Of a stretch of 64,000 bases of DNA, positions 1 to 9,800 are shown one piece after another. The notes beneath the pieces are model-generated. The model was not told the origin of the DNA, searched no databases, and was given only the letters and a program-made list of their open reading frames with translations. Made by a program: the position numbers and the translations under genes. The DNA comes from Myxococcota bacterium. Lineage in GTDB: Bacteria; Myxococcota_A; SURF-8. Each line of letters opens with the position of its first letter. Position 1 is the stretch's first letter. The DNA is taken from NCBI GenBank assembly GCA_963674735.2, contig CAXXQS010000002.1, positions 1,856,001 through 1,920,000 on the forward strand. The letters are read 5' to 3'.

Positions 1-6
1 GACGAT

Positions 7-909
7 CTAGCGGCGGCCGCCGATATCGGACAGGTCGCCGTCCAGCGGAGTATCGCCGTCCATGGGCGTGTCGCCGTCTACCACGTCGAGGGTTCCGCAC
101 TGGCAGACATCGTGGCCGCGATCGGCGTCGCGACCGCAGCCCAACAGCGATAAGCCCAGAGCCGTGCATTCGTCGGCGCAACTGAGCAATCCGACGGTGC
201 CTTCGGTGCAGACGGCGATGCTGTCGCCCATGCAGGTCGGCTGGGTGGACTGGCAGATCTCGGACTCGGGCACGTCGGAACAATGGCAGGTTTCCGCAGG
301 ACCTTCCATGTCGACCTGGCAGGATTCGAAATAATAACCCTGAGTTTCACATTGCTGACGGCAACTGACGGCACTGTAACCGCCCGCGTCGCTGCAGACG
401 TTGACGAAGCCCTCGCGGCATTTGATCATGTCCGCTGAGCAGGCCGAGGTGTCGAGGCCTTCACACAAGCAAGTCGAAGTGTCGCTGTCCTCATCGATGC
501 CGCAGCCTTGCGATTCCAGTCCGTAATTTTCGCAGTAGGCGCTGCAATCGACGAGCGTCCACTCGCAGGAACGGCAGATTTCGACGTTATCGCCGGTGCA
601 ACGCTGCTCGCCTTCGGTACAGCAGTCTTCCACGCATTGGCAAAAATCGTGCCCGCGTTCGTCGTCCATGGCGCAATCGCCGCCGTAGATCAGTCCCAGG
701 TTGGCGCAGAGTTGATCGCAAGCTTCGAACGCCCACCGGCCGTCCGCGCCGCAGATCTTGAGCCGATCGCCCTCGCAGGAGATCGTTTCGTCGCCGCCGC
801 AGTATACCGGATCGCTCGGATCGATTTCAGCTTCGTCCGTACAGGCCACGGCGGCCAGCATGATCAACAGCCCGCAGATAAGCAACCTCAACCGGGTATA
901 CGCCAACAT
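7..909 (-). CDS. Cys-rich lipoprotein: four ~55-aa 8-Cys repeats and a C-terminal DGD-repeat tail
   Basis: Signal peptide with lipobox AVAC; four repeats ending in CxC; tail VVDGDTPMDGDTPLDGDL. Confidence 0.8.
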   Translation of the reverse strand: MLAYTRLRLLICGLLIMLAAVACTDEAEIDPSDPVYCGGDETISCEGDRLKICGADGRWAFEACDQLCANLGLIYGGDCAMDDERGHDFCQCVEDCCTEGEQRCTGDNVEICRSCEWTLVDCSAYCENYGLESQGCGIDEDSDTSTCLCEGLDTSACSADMIKCREGFVNVCSDAGGYSAVSCRQQCETQGYYFESCQVDMEGPAETCHCSDVPESEICQSTQPTCMGDSIAVCTEGTVGLLSCADECTALGLSLLGCGRDADRGHDVCQCGTLDVVDGDTPMDGDTPLDGDLSDIGGRR

Positions 910-1002
910 CGTTACGCCTCCTTGTCAACCTATCGCGAGCCACCATACCCCAGCCTGCACGTGTCGTCAAGCGGGGCATCGTCGCTTTCCCGGTCTGTCG
1001 AG

Positions 1003-1031
1003 TTGACAGGCGCGGCGTTGCGGCGTACAAA
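1003..1031 (+). promoter_or_regulatory. sigma70-type promoter for the kinase/response-regulator pair
   Basis: TTGACA-17-TACAAA, followed by AGGAGG RBS before ATG 1068. Confidence 0.5.
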
Positions 1032-1067
1032 AAGAGGGAAGGAATCGTCAGTTTCCAGGAGGGCTTC

Positions 1068-2216
1068 ATGGCCGACCAAGACCGTTACATCCTCGATCCG
1101 CGTGCGTTTCGTACGCTGATCGATCTGCTGCCCGAGCCGATTTTTCTGCTCGACACCGACAGCCTTATCCGGTTGGCCAATCGCCCGGCCCGCGATCGTT
1201 TCGAAGCGGTGGAAGGCAAACCCATTGCCAGTTTGGTTTCAGGGGACGACCTTCCCGACCACATGGCTTTGACCGATGTCGGCACGCTTCCGTTGATCGA
1301 CGGACAAACCTATATCAGCGCCGTTTCACCCCTGCATATCGGGGATCGCACCTATCAGCTGTTGCGCCTGCAGCGATCCGACAGCGTTTGGCCGCTTCTG
1401 CCCGCCGATAAAATGGATCTGGTGGGGGCGTTGTCCGCCGGGGCCGCCCATGAAGTGAACAATCCCCTGAGCGGCATTTTGCAGTCGGTCCAGCTTCTTT
1501 CCCGCGCCCTGGATATCGATTCTCCACCGGCGAAGCGGCGGCTGGAAGAGATCGGCTTCGACGAAGAGGGACGGCGTAAGGTGGCCGCCTATGTGGAAGA
1601 CCGAAAACTGCTTTACTTTGTTGATATCGTCGCCGAAGCGGGCCAGCGGACTTCCGGAATGCTCAATACTCTGTTGCGTTTCACCCGGCGACGAACCGAG
1701 CCGATGGAAACGACCGATCTGAAAGAGTTGATCGAGAAGGCGTTTTTTCTGGCGCGGCTCGATAACGATATGAAAAAGGAATTCGATTTTAGAAGTGTCG
1801 AAATCAACTTCAATGCCCCGAACGGGTCGGTCGAGATGTTGTGCGATCCGCAGAGCCTTTTGCATGCCGTACTGAATCTTCTCAAGTATGTCGCCTCCAA
1901 GCTGCACCAGCGCCAGTGTGATGAGCCCGACCTGACCCGGCGTCTGACCCTGGAAATCGAGCCGGGCGAAAGCGACATCTGCGTGTCGATTATTCATAAC
2001 GGCGCCGCGATCGAGGCAGCCGAAGCGCGTCACTTCAATCGTCCGCTCGACTGGTATCTGGAGCGAATGGACGCGGGGCTGCCGTTGGCGGTCTGTCGCA
2101 CCATCGTCGTCTGGCTGCACCAAGGCCGGTTGGAGTTGCCCGCCCCCGACGACACCCCCCAACGTATCGCTCTCGTGTTGCCGCAGGCACCGAGTGCGGA
2201 AGGAAGACCGCGATGA
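1068..2216 (+). CDS. PAS-domain histidine-kinase-like protein with degenerate HATPase domain
   Basis: PAS-like start (LIDLLPEPIFLLD); H-box AAHEVNNPLSGI; N/G1/G2 boxes altered. Confidence 0.85.
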   Translation: MADQDRYILDPRAFRTLIDLLPEPIFLLDTDSLIRLANRPARDRFEAVEGKPIASLVSGDDLPDHMALTDVGTLPLIDGQTYISAVSPLHIGDRTYQLLRLQRSDSVWPLLPADKMDLVGALSAGAAHEVNNPLSGILQSVQLLSRALDIDSPPAKRRLEEIGFDEEGRRKVAAYVEDRKLLYFVDIVAEAGQRTSGMLNTLLRFTRRRTEPMETTDLKELIEKAFFLARLDNDMKKEFDFRSVEINFNAPNGSVEMLCDPQSLLHAVLNLLKYVASKLHQRQCDEPDLTRRLTLEIEPGESDICVSIIHNGAAIEAAEARHFNRPLDWYLERMDAGLPLAVCRTIVVWLHQGRLELPAPDDTPQRIALVLPQAPSAEGRPR

Positions 2217-2596
2217 AGGCAAGCTGTATTCTGATTATCGAAGATGAGTTGTATATTCGCGATAGTCTGGCCGAATTCTTCAAGGATGAAGGGTATTTGG
2301 TCGAAGTCGCGGCCAGCGGCGAAGAAGGGCTGGGCATCCTCAAACGCTGTCATGTGGATGTGGCCATCGTGGATATCCGGCTTTCCGGTATCGACGGGGA
2401 GCGAACCATTCAACATATCAAGCAACTCTACCCAAAGGTGTACATCCTGGTTTTCACCGGTTCGCTGGAATTTCAGATTTCGTCGGATCTGGCTCAACTG
2501 GGTCTCAGCGAGGGTGACGTGATTTACAAACCCATCAACGATCTTTCGGTCATCAGCCAGAAGGTCGCCGCTTTGGGCTTCAAGCCCGCATCTTGA
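2213..2596 (+). CDS. single-domain response regulator (receiver)
   Basis: ILIIEDE, VDIRLSGIDG (phospho-Asp), FTG, YKP; ATGA overlap with the kinase gene. Confidence 0.9.
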   Translation: MKASCILIIEDELYIRDSLAEFFKDEGYLVEVAASGEEGLGILKRCHVDVAIVDIRLSGIDGERTIQHIKQLYPKVYILVFTGSLEFQISSDLAQLGLSEGDVIYKPINDLSVISQKVAALGFKPAS

Positions 2597-2659
2597 CGAT
2601 GTCTTGTATGAATGGAGGGTGTCGAGTCGGTCGCACTCACCTGTTCTGAAAAACGCTCC

Positions 2660-4765
2660 TCAGCCCATCCAACGCAAAACCAGCGCTTCTCCCAGCAGCA
2701 AAAGCAAAAGCAGCCAGGCCATGGCGGCCGCCATTTCCACCCGCTGTTCGGCCAGCCCACCTTCGGCCAGCCCGGCCAGGCGAGAACCGGAGCCGAAAGC
2801 CTCCGCACGCGTGACGGCGTCCATGGGGGTCAGGTCCGACTCGCGCAAGTCCGTTTCGACAGCGACGATCTGTTCGCCTGCGGAGCTGTCGAGGCGGTAG
2901 AATCCGGGGACGGAGAAAGGCGGTGTCACCGGTCGGTCGGTGGCGGCGTCGCGCGTCAGTTTCACGCGCCGTCCGGACGGCTCGATCAGGGTCGCCTGGC
3001 GCGCGTTGTCGGGTAAGCGCAGCCACTCCCCCACCTGCTTGCTGTTGGGGTCGAGCCGGTCACCCGTGGTGGTGAGGGCGGCGGCCAACTCCTGCATCAG
3101 TGGCAGGAAGCCGGGTTGGATGGGCAGGTCGGTCCAGCTGCGGCTGACGCTGGTGGTGTAGAGCAGGCTACGGCCCTGTCCCACCTGTTTGAGTGCCAAT
3201 GCCGGGGAACCGTCGGTGTAGGCGGCCAGGATCGTCGTATCGGGCAGGGCGGCGCTGTCGAAGGTCATGTAGCGCCGCACCGGCGTGGTGGTGAGGCTTT
3301 TCATGGTTTCATCGTTGAAGATGCGAAAAGCGGGATACTGGGTATCGAGGCGCGACAGATAGACGGCCGAACCGGTTCGGCCCGGATCGATACGATCGCC
3401 GCCGATGTGGTCGCCGCGCAGCGGACCGGGCAGCAGAGCGGCCAGGTCGCGGTTGTAGGCTTCCACGTCGATGTTGGGCCCCATGCTCATGAACAGCGCG
3501 CCGCCATTGGTAACGAAACTCACCAGCGCCGCCGCCGCGTCGGAGCTCAGGCGCGGCACATGGCAGAGATAGACCAGATCGATTTCGTCGAGCGCCGCCG
3601 GGGTGAACGATTCGGGGCTGAGACTGCGGGCGCGGATACGCGAGCGGTCGATACCACCGGGATTCAAGGCCTGCTTGAGGTAGAAGATTTCGTCCAGGTA
3701 GCGGGTGGTGGACGGGCGTCCGTTAATTAGCAGCGTGCGGATATCGCGCCCGGTGTCGAGTACGCCGTGACGGCGGTTGTCAATCTCCAGCGCGTCGACG
3801 TCGGCCTCCACTCCGATGGCGGCTTCCATTTCGAGTCGCCCGATTTGAGTGACGGCGACCACGAATTCCTTGATACCCGTTTCCCCGGCACGCAAATCGA
3901 GGAACCCGTCGGCGGCGTTTTTACCGTCGATGGAAACCGAGAGGGGCAAAGCTGAGATGGGTTGAGACCCGAAATTCGCGACCTGTACGCGCACGCGCCA
4001 GTCGCGCGGTCCCGAGAAGGGTGCGCGTTCGGCTTCGAGCGCGGCCACGGCCAAGTTGGGCAAGGCGGCTTGCTCACGCACGTCGATGGCGGTGACGCGG
4101 CTTTTGCCTTCGGGGTCGTCGAAACGAAAATCGTGATCGTAGCCTGCGCGAGTCAGATCGCCCAGGATGTACACCCGCCGTTCGGGCAGCGCCGAGCCTT
4201 CGAGCAGGGCGCGGGCGCGCTCCAGCGCCGGACCGAAGTCGTTGGGCAGATACGTGGGCGTGAGGCGTTTCAGGGCGTCGAGCACCGGTTGACGATCGAA
4301 GGACGGAGCCAGCGGTGGCCGCTCGTCGCCGAGGGGAGCGACGACCAGCCCCACCGCGTCGGAATCGGGGAAGGAGCGGGTCAGTTCGCGGGCCTTGACG
4401 ACGGCGCGTTCGAACAGGCCTGTGCCGTTGTGGCGGGCCTGCATGGACAGGCTGGCGTCCAGTAGAATCAGCCGGGCCGTTGGACGGCCGGTGTCGGCGG
4501 CGGCCAGGGCGTCGGCCGGAGGCCGGGTGTAGGGACGCGCCAGCCAGGCGACCAGCGCGGCGATCAGCAGGGTGCGCAACGCGAGCAGCAGCCATTGTTT
4601 GAGCTTCAAGCTGCGGGCCAGTCGTTGATTGGACAGCTGCACGAAATAGGTGGCGGCAAACGACACCTTGCGCGCGCGGCGGCGGTTGATCAGATGGATG
4701 ACGATCGGCAGCGCCGCGGCCAGTAGCCCCCACAACAGCGCGGGATTGACAAATCCGAGATTCAT
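2660..4765 (-). CDS. BatA-domain / VWA membrane protein with glutamine-amidotransferase-like domain
   Basis: N-terminal double TM LPIVIHLINRRR; MIDAS DASLSM; C-terminal TM LLLGEAL. Confidence 0.85.
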   Translation of the reverse strand: MNLGFVNPALLWGLLAAALPIVIHLINRRRARKVSFAATYFVQLSNQRLARSLKLKQWLLLALRTLLIAALVAWLARPYTRPPADALAAADTGRPTARLILLDASLSMQARHNGTGLFERAVVKARELTRSFPDSDAVGLVVAPLGDERPPLAPSFDRQPVLDALKRLTPTYLPNDFGPALERARALLEGSALPERRVYILGDLTRAGYDHDFRFDDPEGKSRVTAIDVREQAALPNLAVAALEAERAPFSGPRDWRVRVQVANFGSQPISALPLSVSIDGKNAADGFLDLRAGETGIKEFVVAVTQIGRLEMEAAIGVEADVDALEIDNRRHGVLDTGRDIRTLLINGRPSTTRYLDEIFYLKQALNPGGIDRSRIRARSLSPESFTPAALDEIDLVYLCHVPRLSSDAAAALVSFVTNGGALFMSMGPNIDVEAYNRDLAALLPGPLRGDHIGGDRIDPGRTGSAVYLSRLDTQYPAFRIFNDETMKSLTTTPVRRYMTFDSAALPDTTILAAYTDGSPALALKQVGQGRSLLYTTSVSRSWTDLPIQPGFLPLMQELAAALTTTGDRLDPNSKQVGEWLRLPDNARQATLIEPSGRRVKLTRDAATDRPVTPPFSVPGFYRLDSSAGEQIVAVETDLRESDLTPMDAVTRAEAFGSGSRLAGLAEGGLAEQRVEMAAAMAWLLLLLLLGEALVLRWMG

Positions 4766-5649
4766 ACCGCCCGCTCCCGTCGCAGGAGGAAGGCTAACAG
4801 CGCTTCGGCCGGGGGACGGTCGCTGCGCGCCAGGACGTAATCGATACCGCCGCTCAAGCAGCGCGTGCGCAGGTCGTCCACGAAGGCACCGAAGACGCGG
4901 CGGTATTCGGCGGCGATAGCCACCGGATCGGCCAGCACCTTGGTGTCGGATTCCATATCCTCGAACTGGGACAGGTGCTCGAAGGGGAAGTCCAGCTCGT
5001 CGCCGTGCAGCACGTGAAAAAGAACCACGTCGTTTTTGCGTGTCTTGAGACGCGCCAGCAGACGTAAAACTTCGGGTTGCGTGTCGAAAAAATCGGAAAA
5101 CACCACCACCAGGTTCCGGCCTTGCAGGCGTTCGGCGGTCTGTTCGACGGCGGCCGCCAGATCGGTGCCGCCTTCCGCTTCGCTACGAACGAGGGCTTCG
5201 GCCAGTTCGTTGAAGTGGCTGGTTTTGGCGCGCGGCGGAACGAACAAATCGATGCGTTCACGAAAGACCGACAAACCGGGGGCGTCCTGCTGGCGCAAGA
5301 GCAGATAGGCGAAGGCGGCGGCCAGGGTGCGCGCGTGGGCCAGCTTCTGTTCCTCGCCGTCGCCGTAAGCCATGGAAGTCGAGGCGTCGAGCAGCAGGGC
5401 GCAGCGCAGGTTGGTTTCGTCTTCGAATTTTTTGACGTAGTAGCGGTCGAGACGCCCGTAAGCCTTCCAGTCGATGTGGCGCACTTCGTCGCCGGGGGCG
5501 TACTCCTTGTGTTCGGCAAATTCGATGGAGGAGCCGTGGTGCGGGCTTTTGTGCAGGCCGGTCAGCACGCCGTCCACCACCGCGCGGGCGCGGACGCTCA
5601 GGTTGCCGATTTTAGCCAGCAGATCGGGATCGAGCAGTCGAGTGGCCAT
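4762..5649 (-). CDS. DUF58 VWA-like protein (MoxR partner)
   Basis: GLHKS..GSSIEFAEHKEYAPGDEVRHIDWK, LLDASTSM; start trimmed to MATRLLDP. Confidence 0.9.
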   Translation of the reverse strand: MATRLLDPDLLAKIGNLSVRARAVVDGVLTGLHKSPHHGSSIEFAEHKEYAPGDEVRHIDWKAYGRLDRYYVKKFEDETNLRCALLLDASTSMAYGDGEEQKLAHARTLAAAFAYLLLRQQDAPGLSVFRERIDLFVPPRAKTSHFNELAEALVRSEAEGGTDLAAAVEQTAERLQGRNLVVVFSDFFDTQPEVLRLLARLKTRKNDVVLFHVLHGDELDFPFEHLSQFEDMESDTKVLADPVAIAAEYRRVFGAFVDDLRTRCLSGGIDYVLARSDRPPAEALLAFLLRRERAV

Positions 5650-5666
5650 GGTTCGCCGTCGGTTCC

Positions 5667-6698
5667 TCAGCCGTTTGCGGCGTCGAGGGTGTCGAGCAGG
5701 CGACGTATGATGTCGGGCGTCTCCACTCCTTCCGCCTCGGCGTGGAAGTTTTTGATGATGCGGTGTTGCAGCACCGGCGCGGCCAGGGCGCGGATGTCGT
5801 CGATACCGGCGTGCAGGCGACCCTGCAGAACGGCGCGCGCTTTGGCCCCCAAAATGAGATTCTGTCCGGCGCGGGGTCCGGCTCCCCACTGCACCCACTG
5901 GCGCACGAAGTCGGGTGCTCCCGGCTCGTTGGGGCGTGTGGCGCGGGCGAGATCCACCGCGTAACGGATGACGTTGTCGGCTACCGGAACGCGCAGCACC
6001 AGGTCTTGCAGTTCGCGGATCTGCGCGGGATCGAGCACTTTTTCAAGGGAGGGCTTCAAGTCGCCGGTGGTGGCGCGCACGATGGCCCGCTCTTCCTCGG
6101 CGCTGGGGTAATCGACCCCGATCATGAACATGAAGCGATCAAGCTGGGCTTCGGGCAGTGGGTAGGTGCCCTCCTGCTCGATGGGGTTTTGGGTGGCGAA
6201 GACCAGAAAGGGCAGGTCGAGCGGGAAGGTGCGCCCTCCGGCGGTGACCTGGTATTCCTGCATGGCCTGCAACAGCGCCGCCTGTGTTTTGGGCGGAGTG
6301 CGGTTGATTTCGTCGGCCAGCAGAATATTGCAGAAAATAGGCCCTTTGATGAAATGGAAGAAACGTTTGCCGCTATCGCGGTCGCGTTGCAGGATGTCGG
6401 TGCCCGAAATGTCGGAGGGCATCAGGTCGGGCGTGAACTGAATGCGGTTGAACGACAGGTCGAGCACGCTGGCCAGGGTGCTGATCAAAAGCGTTTTGGC
6501 CAGGCCGGGAACCCCGACGAACAGGCCGTGTCCGCGCGCGAACAGAGCGATCAGCAGTTGATCGACCACCTGCTCCTGCCCCACGATGACCTTGGCCACT
6601 TCCTGCTTGATACGGCGATAGGCAGAGGCCAGCGCTTCGGCGGCTTGCAGATCGCGTTCATCCTGCGGCGCGACGGCCGCGCGTTCATCCCGATTCAT
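5667..6698 (-). CDS. moxR: MoxR-family AAA+ ATPase
   Basis: [49 protein letters not shown]. Confidence 0.95.
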   Translation of the reverse strand: MNRDERAAVAPQDERDLQAAEALASAYRRIKQEVAKVIVGQEQVVDQLLIALFARGHGLFVGVPGLAKTLLISTLASVLDLSFNRIQFTPDLMPSDISGTDILQRDRDSGKRFFHFIKGPIFCNILLADEINRTPPKTQAALLQAMQEYQVTAGGRTFPLDLPFLVFATQNPIEQEGTYPLPEAQLDRFMFMIGVDYPSAEEERAIVRATTGDLKPSLEKVLDPAQIRELQDLVLRVPVADNVIRYAVDLARATRPNEPGAPDFVRQWVQWGAGPRAGQNLILGAKARAVLQGRLHAGIDDIRALAAPVLQHRIIKNFHAEAEGVETPDIIRRLLDTLDAANG

Positions 6699-6833
6699 CG
6701 ATCACCTTTCCCTTGCCGGTCTATTCGCGTGCGGCATTCCGCCGCGCATGGGTGTCAGAAACTAGAACCGTTTGAGACGCCGTTTTCTTCCCGATTCACG
6801 GGGACGCGTCCGCTTGAAACCGTCGACGGGACG

Positions 6834-6862
6834 AAAAAGGCGGACCCCGATCGGGTCCGCCT
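6834..6862 (-). terminator. intrinsic terminator of the 1602-aa gene
   Basis: AGGCGGACCC-cgatc-GGGTCCGCCT stem with T-run on the minus strand. Confidence 0.75.
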
Positions 6863-6882
6863 GCTTTCCCGTCGTTTCGGGT

Positions 6883-9800
6883 TTAACGGCTTGGCGGCGG
6901 CGGCGCGATGTGAATCATCAGCTTGATGTCTTCCTTGTCGGAGCTGCTTTGCTTATACAGATTCACGACATAGGAACTCACCAGCGAGGTTGTGCCACCC
7001 ACCAGCGCCTGGGCGGGATAATAACCGTAGCTGCTGCCGTATTCGTCGCTTTCCATTTCCAGGATCGCCGTTTTGTCGGTGTCGAGGCAGTCTTCCGCCG
7101 AACAGATGGCCGAGTAGTACATCATCTTGGCTTCGGTTTGATCCTGGTAGACGATGCGCAGACCGTCGGAAGCCATGATGGCGTTGTTGTCGGCGCCCAG
7201 CCAGACCTGGTAGTCGTTGCTCTGGGGATCGGTGCGCCAGCCGTCGTCGGCGGTGTGCAAACGCAGTCCCGCACCGTAATCGTACACGAACTGCAGCTGG
7301 TTGAGGGTGGCGTTGTAGAAGGAGACCGCCCACCAGCCGTTGGACGGAATCACCGCGCCCGAGTTGAAGAAGCCCGTGTCGCCGGTGACCAGCGTCGAGG
7401 CCGTGCCGACCAGCGTATCGATGGAGAAGGTGGCCGTAGCCAGCGTGGCCGGATCGGGAGCCCCGCCATCGAGGCGCGCGCGTTTGAGATTGCCCTGTTT
7501 CACGTTGTCGTTATAGGGCGAGCCGCCGTCGTCGGTCCCGGCCTGCTGGTAGCTGGTGTTGTGGTAGTAGACCAGCCACAGCGAGTCGTTGGGGAAGGTC
7601 ATGAGCGTCGAATTGTGACCCAGGCCGAAGGGGATGTCTTTGATTTCCGGGCAGTCGGCGGAGGGGCAATAGGCCGGGCCGATGGGCGCGGTATCGACGG
7701 TGGTGAGGACGAAGTCGCCGTCACCGGGATCGGCACTGTTGGCCATGGCCAGCTTCAGAGCGCTGGTATCGCCGGCTTCGTTGGCGGCGGTCATGTAGGA
7801 AATGATGGCGCGTCCCTGGCTATCGAGCTTCATGTCGATGTAGTAACCGGTATCGCCCACGGAGTCGACTACGATCTTGGTCCAGACGTAATCGCTCAGG
7901 CTTTCGCCTTCTTTGAAGCGTGTTGCTTCGCCTTCATCGTCCACATCGCCATCCACATCGCCGTCTTCGACCGGCCCGGTGGTTTCACCGTTGGTATAAA
8001 TGAACAGCAGGTCGCCGTTGTCCGCGTCCTGATAGGCGATACGCGGCCAGCCGTTGGCCGACATGGCGATGGCGGTGAACTTGCCGACGTTGTCGCCTTC
8101 TTCTTCGATGCCGCCGCGCGGACCGGAGGGCCCGGCGCTCGGCTCGCCTTCGGGCACGCCGTCGAGGTAGATCCATTCGATGTCGTTGAGGAATTCGATG
8201 TTGGTGCTGGAGGTGCTGCGGCCGACCATCAGATCGCCGTAGGTGTGATTGTAGGCCGACAGCCAGACATCCTGATTGTTATGCACGGCGATGTCGTTGT
8301 AGCGGCCGTAGAAACCGGGATCGAGCGGCGGCATTTCCTGACAGAAGCAGGATTCGTGACCGGCGGTGCCGGGGCCTTCGAACGAACAGGTTTCGTCTTT
8401 GAAATTGTCGCAGAGTTCCCAATCGGTAAACAACGGACAGTCGTCGTTTTCGGTGGGATCGCAACCGCCCGGCGCAAATCCCGGTTCGCAGGCCATACCT
8501 TCGCACCAACCGGGGCAGGTGAAACAATCGCCGGCGGGGTTGAGGGAGGTGCAGCACATGGCGCCATCGGCGCAACCGCCGTTGCAGATGTCGGGGCAGT
8601 AGCACTCACCGGTGGAGGACCGACACAGGGACGGTACGCCCAAGGTGGTGCAATCGAGGCAGGAGCAATCGGCGTCTTCGCCGCAGCGCGGTACTTCGCA
8701 GAAGAAGCCCGCCCCTTCCATGTTGCAGGCGGCGCAGGTGTCGTCGAGCTGCTCGATGCAAGTGGGGATGCTCAGGTTTTCGTTGTCACAATTCGGATCG
8801 CAGGCCTGCACCTGGCACATGCCGTCGAATCCGCAGAAATAGCAGTCGGGGCAGACGCCGTCGGGGCAGGGGATTTGTTCTTCCGGCTTGTCGCCGTCCA
8901 CTTCCTGGTCGCCATCGGGGTCGTCGCCGTCGGGGTCGTCACCGTCGAGATGGATATCGAAGTCGCCATCGATATCGCCGTCGGGGGCCGGGGCGCACTC
9001 GCCATTCATACAGATTTCACCCGCGCCGCAGTCGGCGTTTTTCACGCAGCCCACCGAGCCCGAGTCGCTGCAAGCGGAGACGGTCAGAGCCAGAACGGCG
9101 ATCAGCGAAAGCAGCGCGCCGCCGTTTAGGGATTTGCGTCGCAGGATCACGAGCGGCAGCAGCAGCAACAGCGCCAACCAACCCGCGCCCGAAGCGCCGG
9201 AGGCACAGCCGCTGGCCGCTTCCGGATCTGCGCCGTTGGCTTTGACCTTGCGGACCATGGCGACCGGTTCGGCCGCACCGTATGTGCGCGTTTCACGCGT
9301 GACGTTACCGAGGGTGTCTTGGACTTCCACGCTCACTTTGGCCGGGAAACTCGTCAGGGTGGCGAGATCCAGGCTGTCGCGACCGCTCCAGGTCGACCAG
9401 TCGCCGTCGTTGACGCGCATGCGATAGCGCAATTCAGCGGCGGTGGCCACGTTGTCGCTCGCTTTGAATGTCAGCGAATGGCCTTCGCGCATCAACCGCA
9501 GAGAGGGCGCGGTGAAGTCGGTCGTGAAAGGCACGATGGCCGGGGTCGTATCGACGATGCTCTTGTGGCGCATGTCGCGGGCGCGCACTTTGATTTCGTG
9601 GCGACCCTGCCACAGCAGGAAGTTATCGGTGATGACCGGCTGCCGGTTCTGGGTCCAGGGCGTCCAACCGTGGCGGTCGACCGCGAAGGAGTATTCCAGG
9701 TGGCGGTTGCCGTTGTCCATATCCAAACCATCCAGATCGAGGCGCACCCAGGGTTTCATGCCCTGTCGCAACTGTTGGATGTCGGGGACGAATTTTTCGA

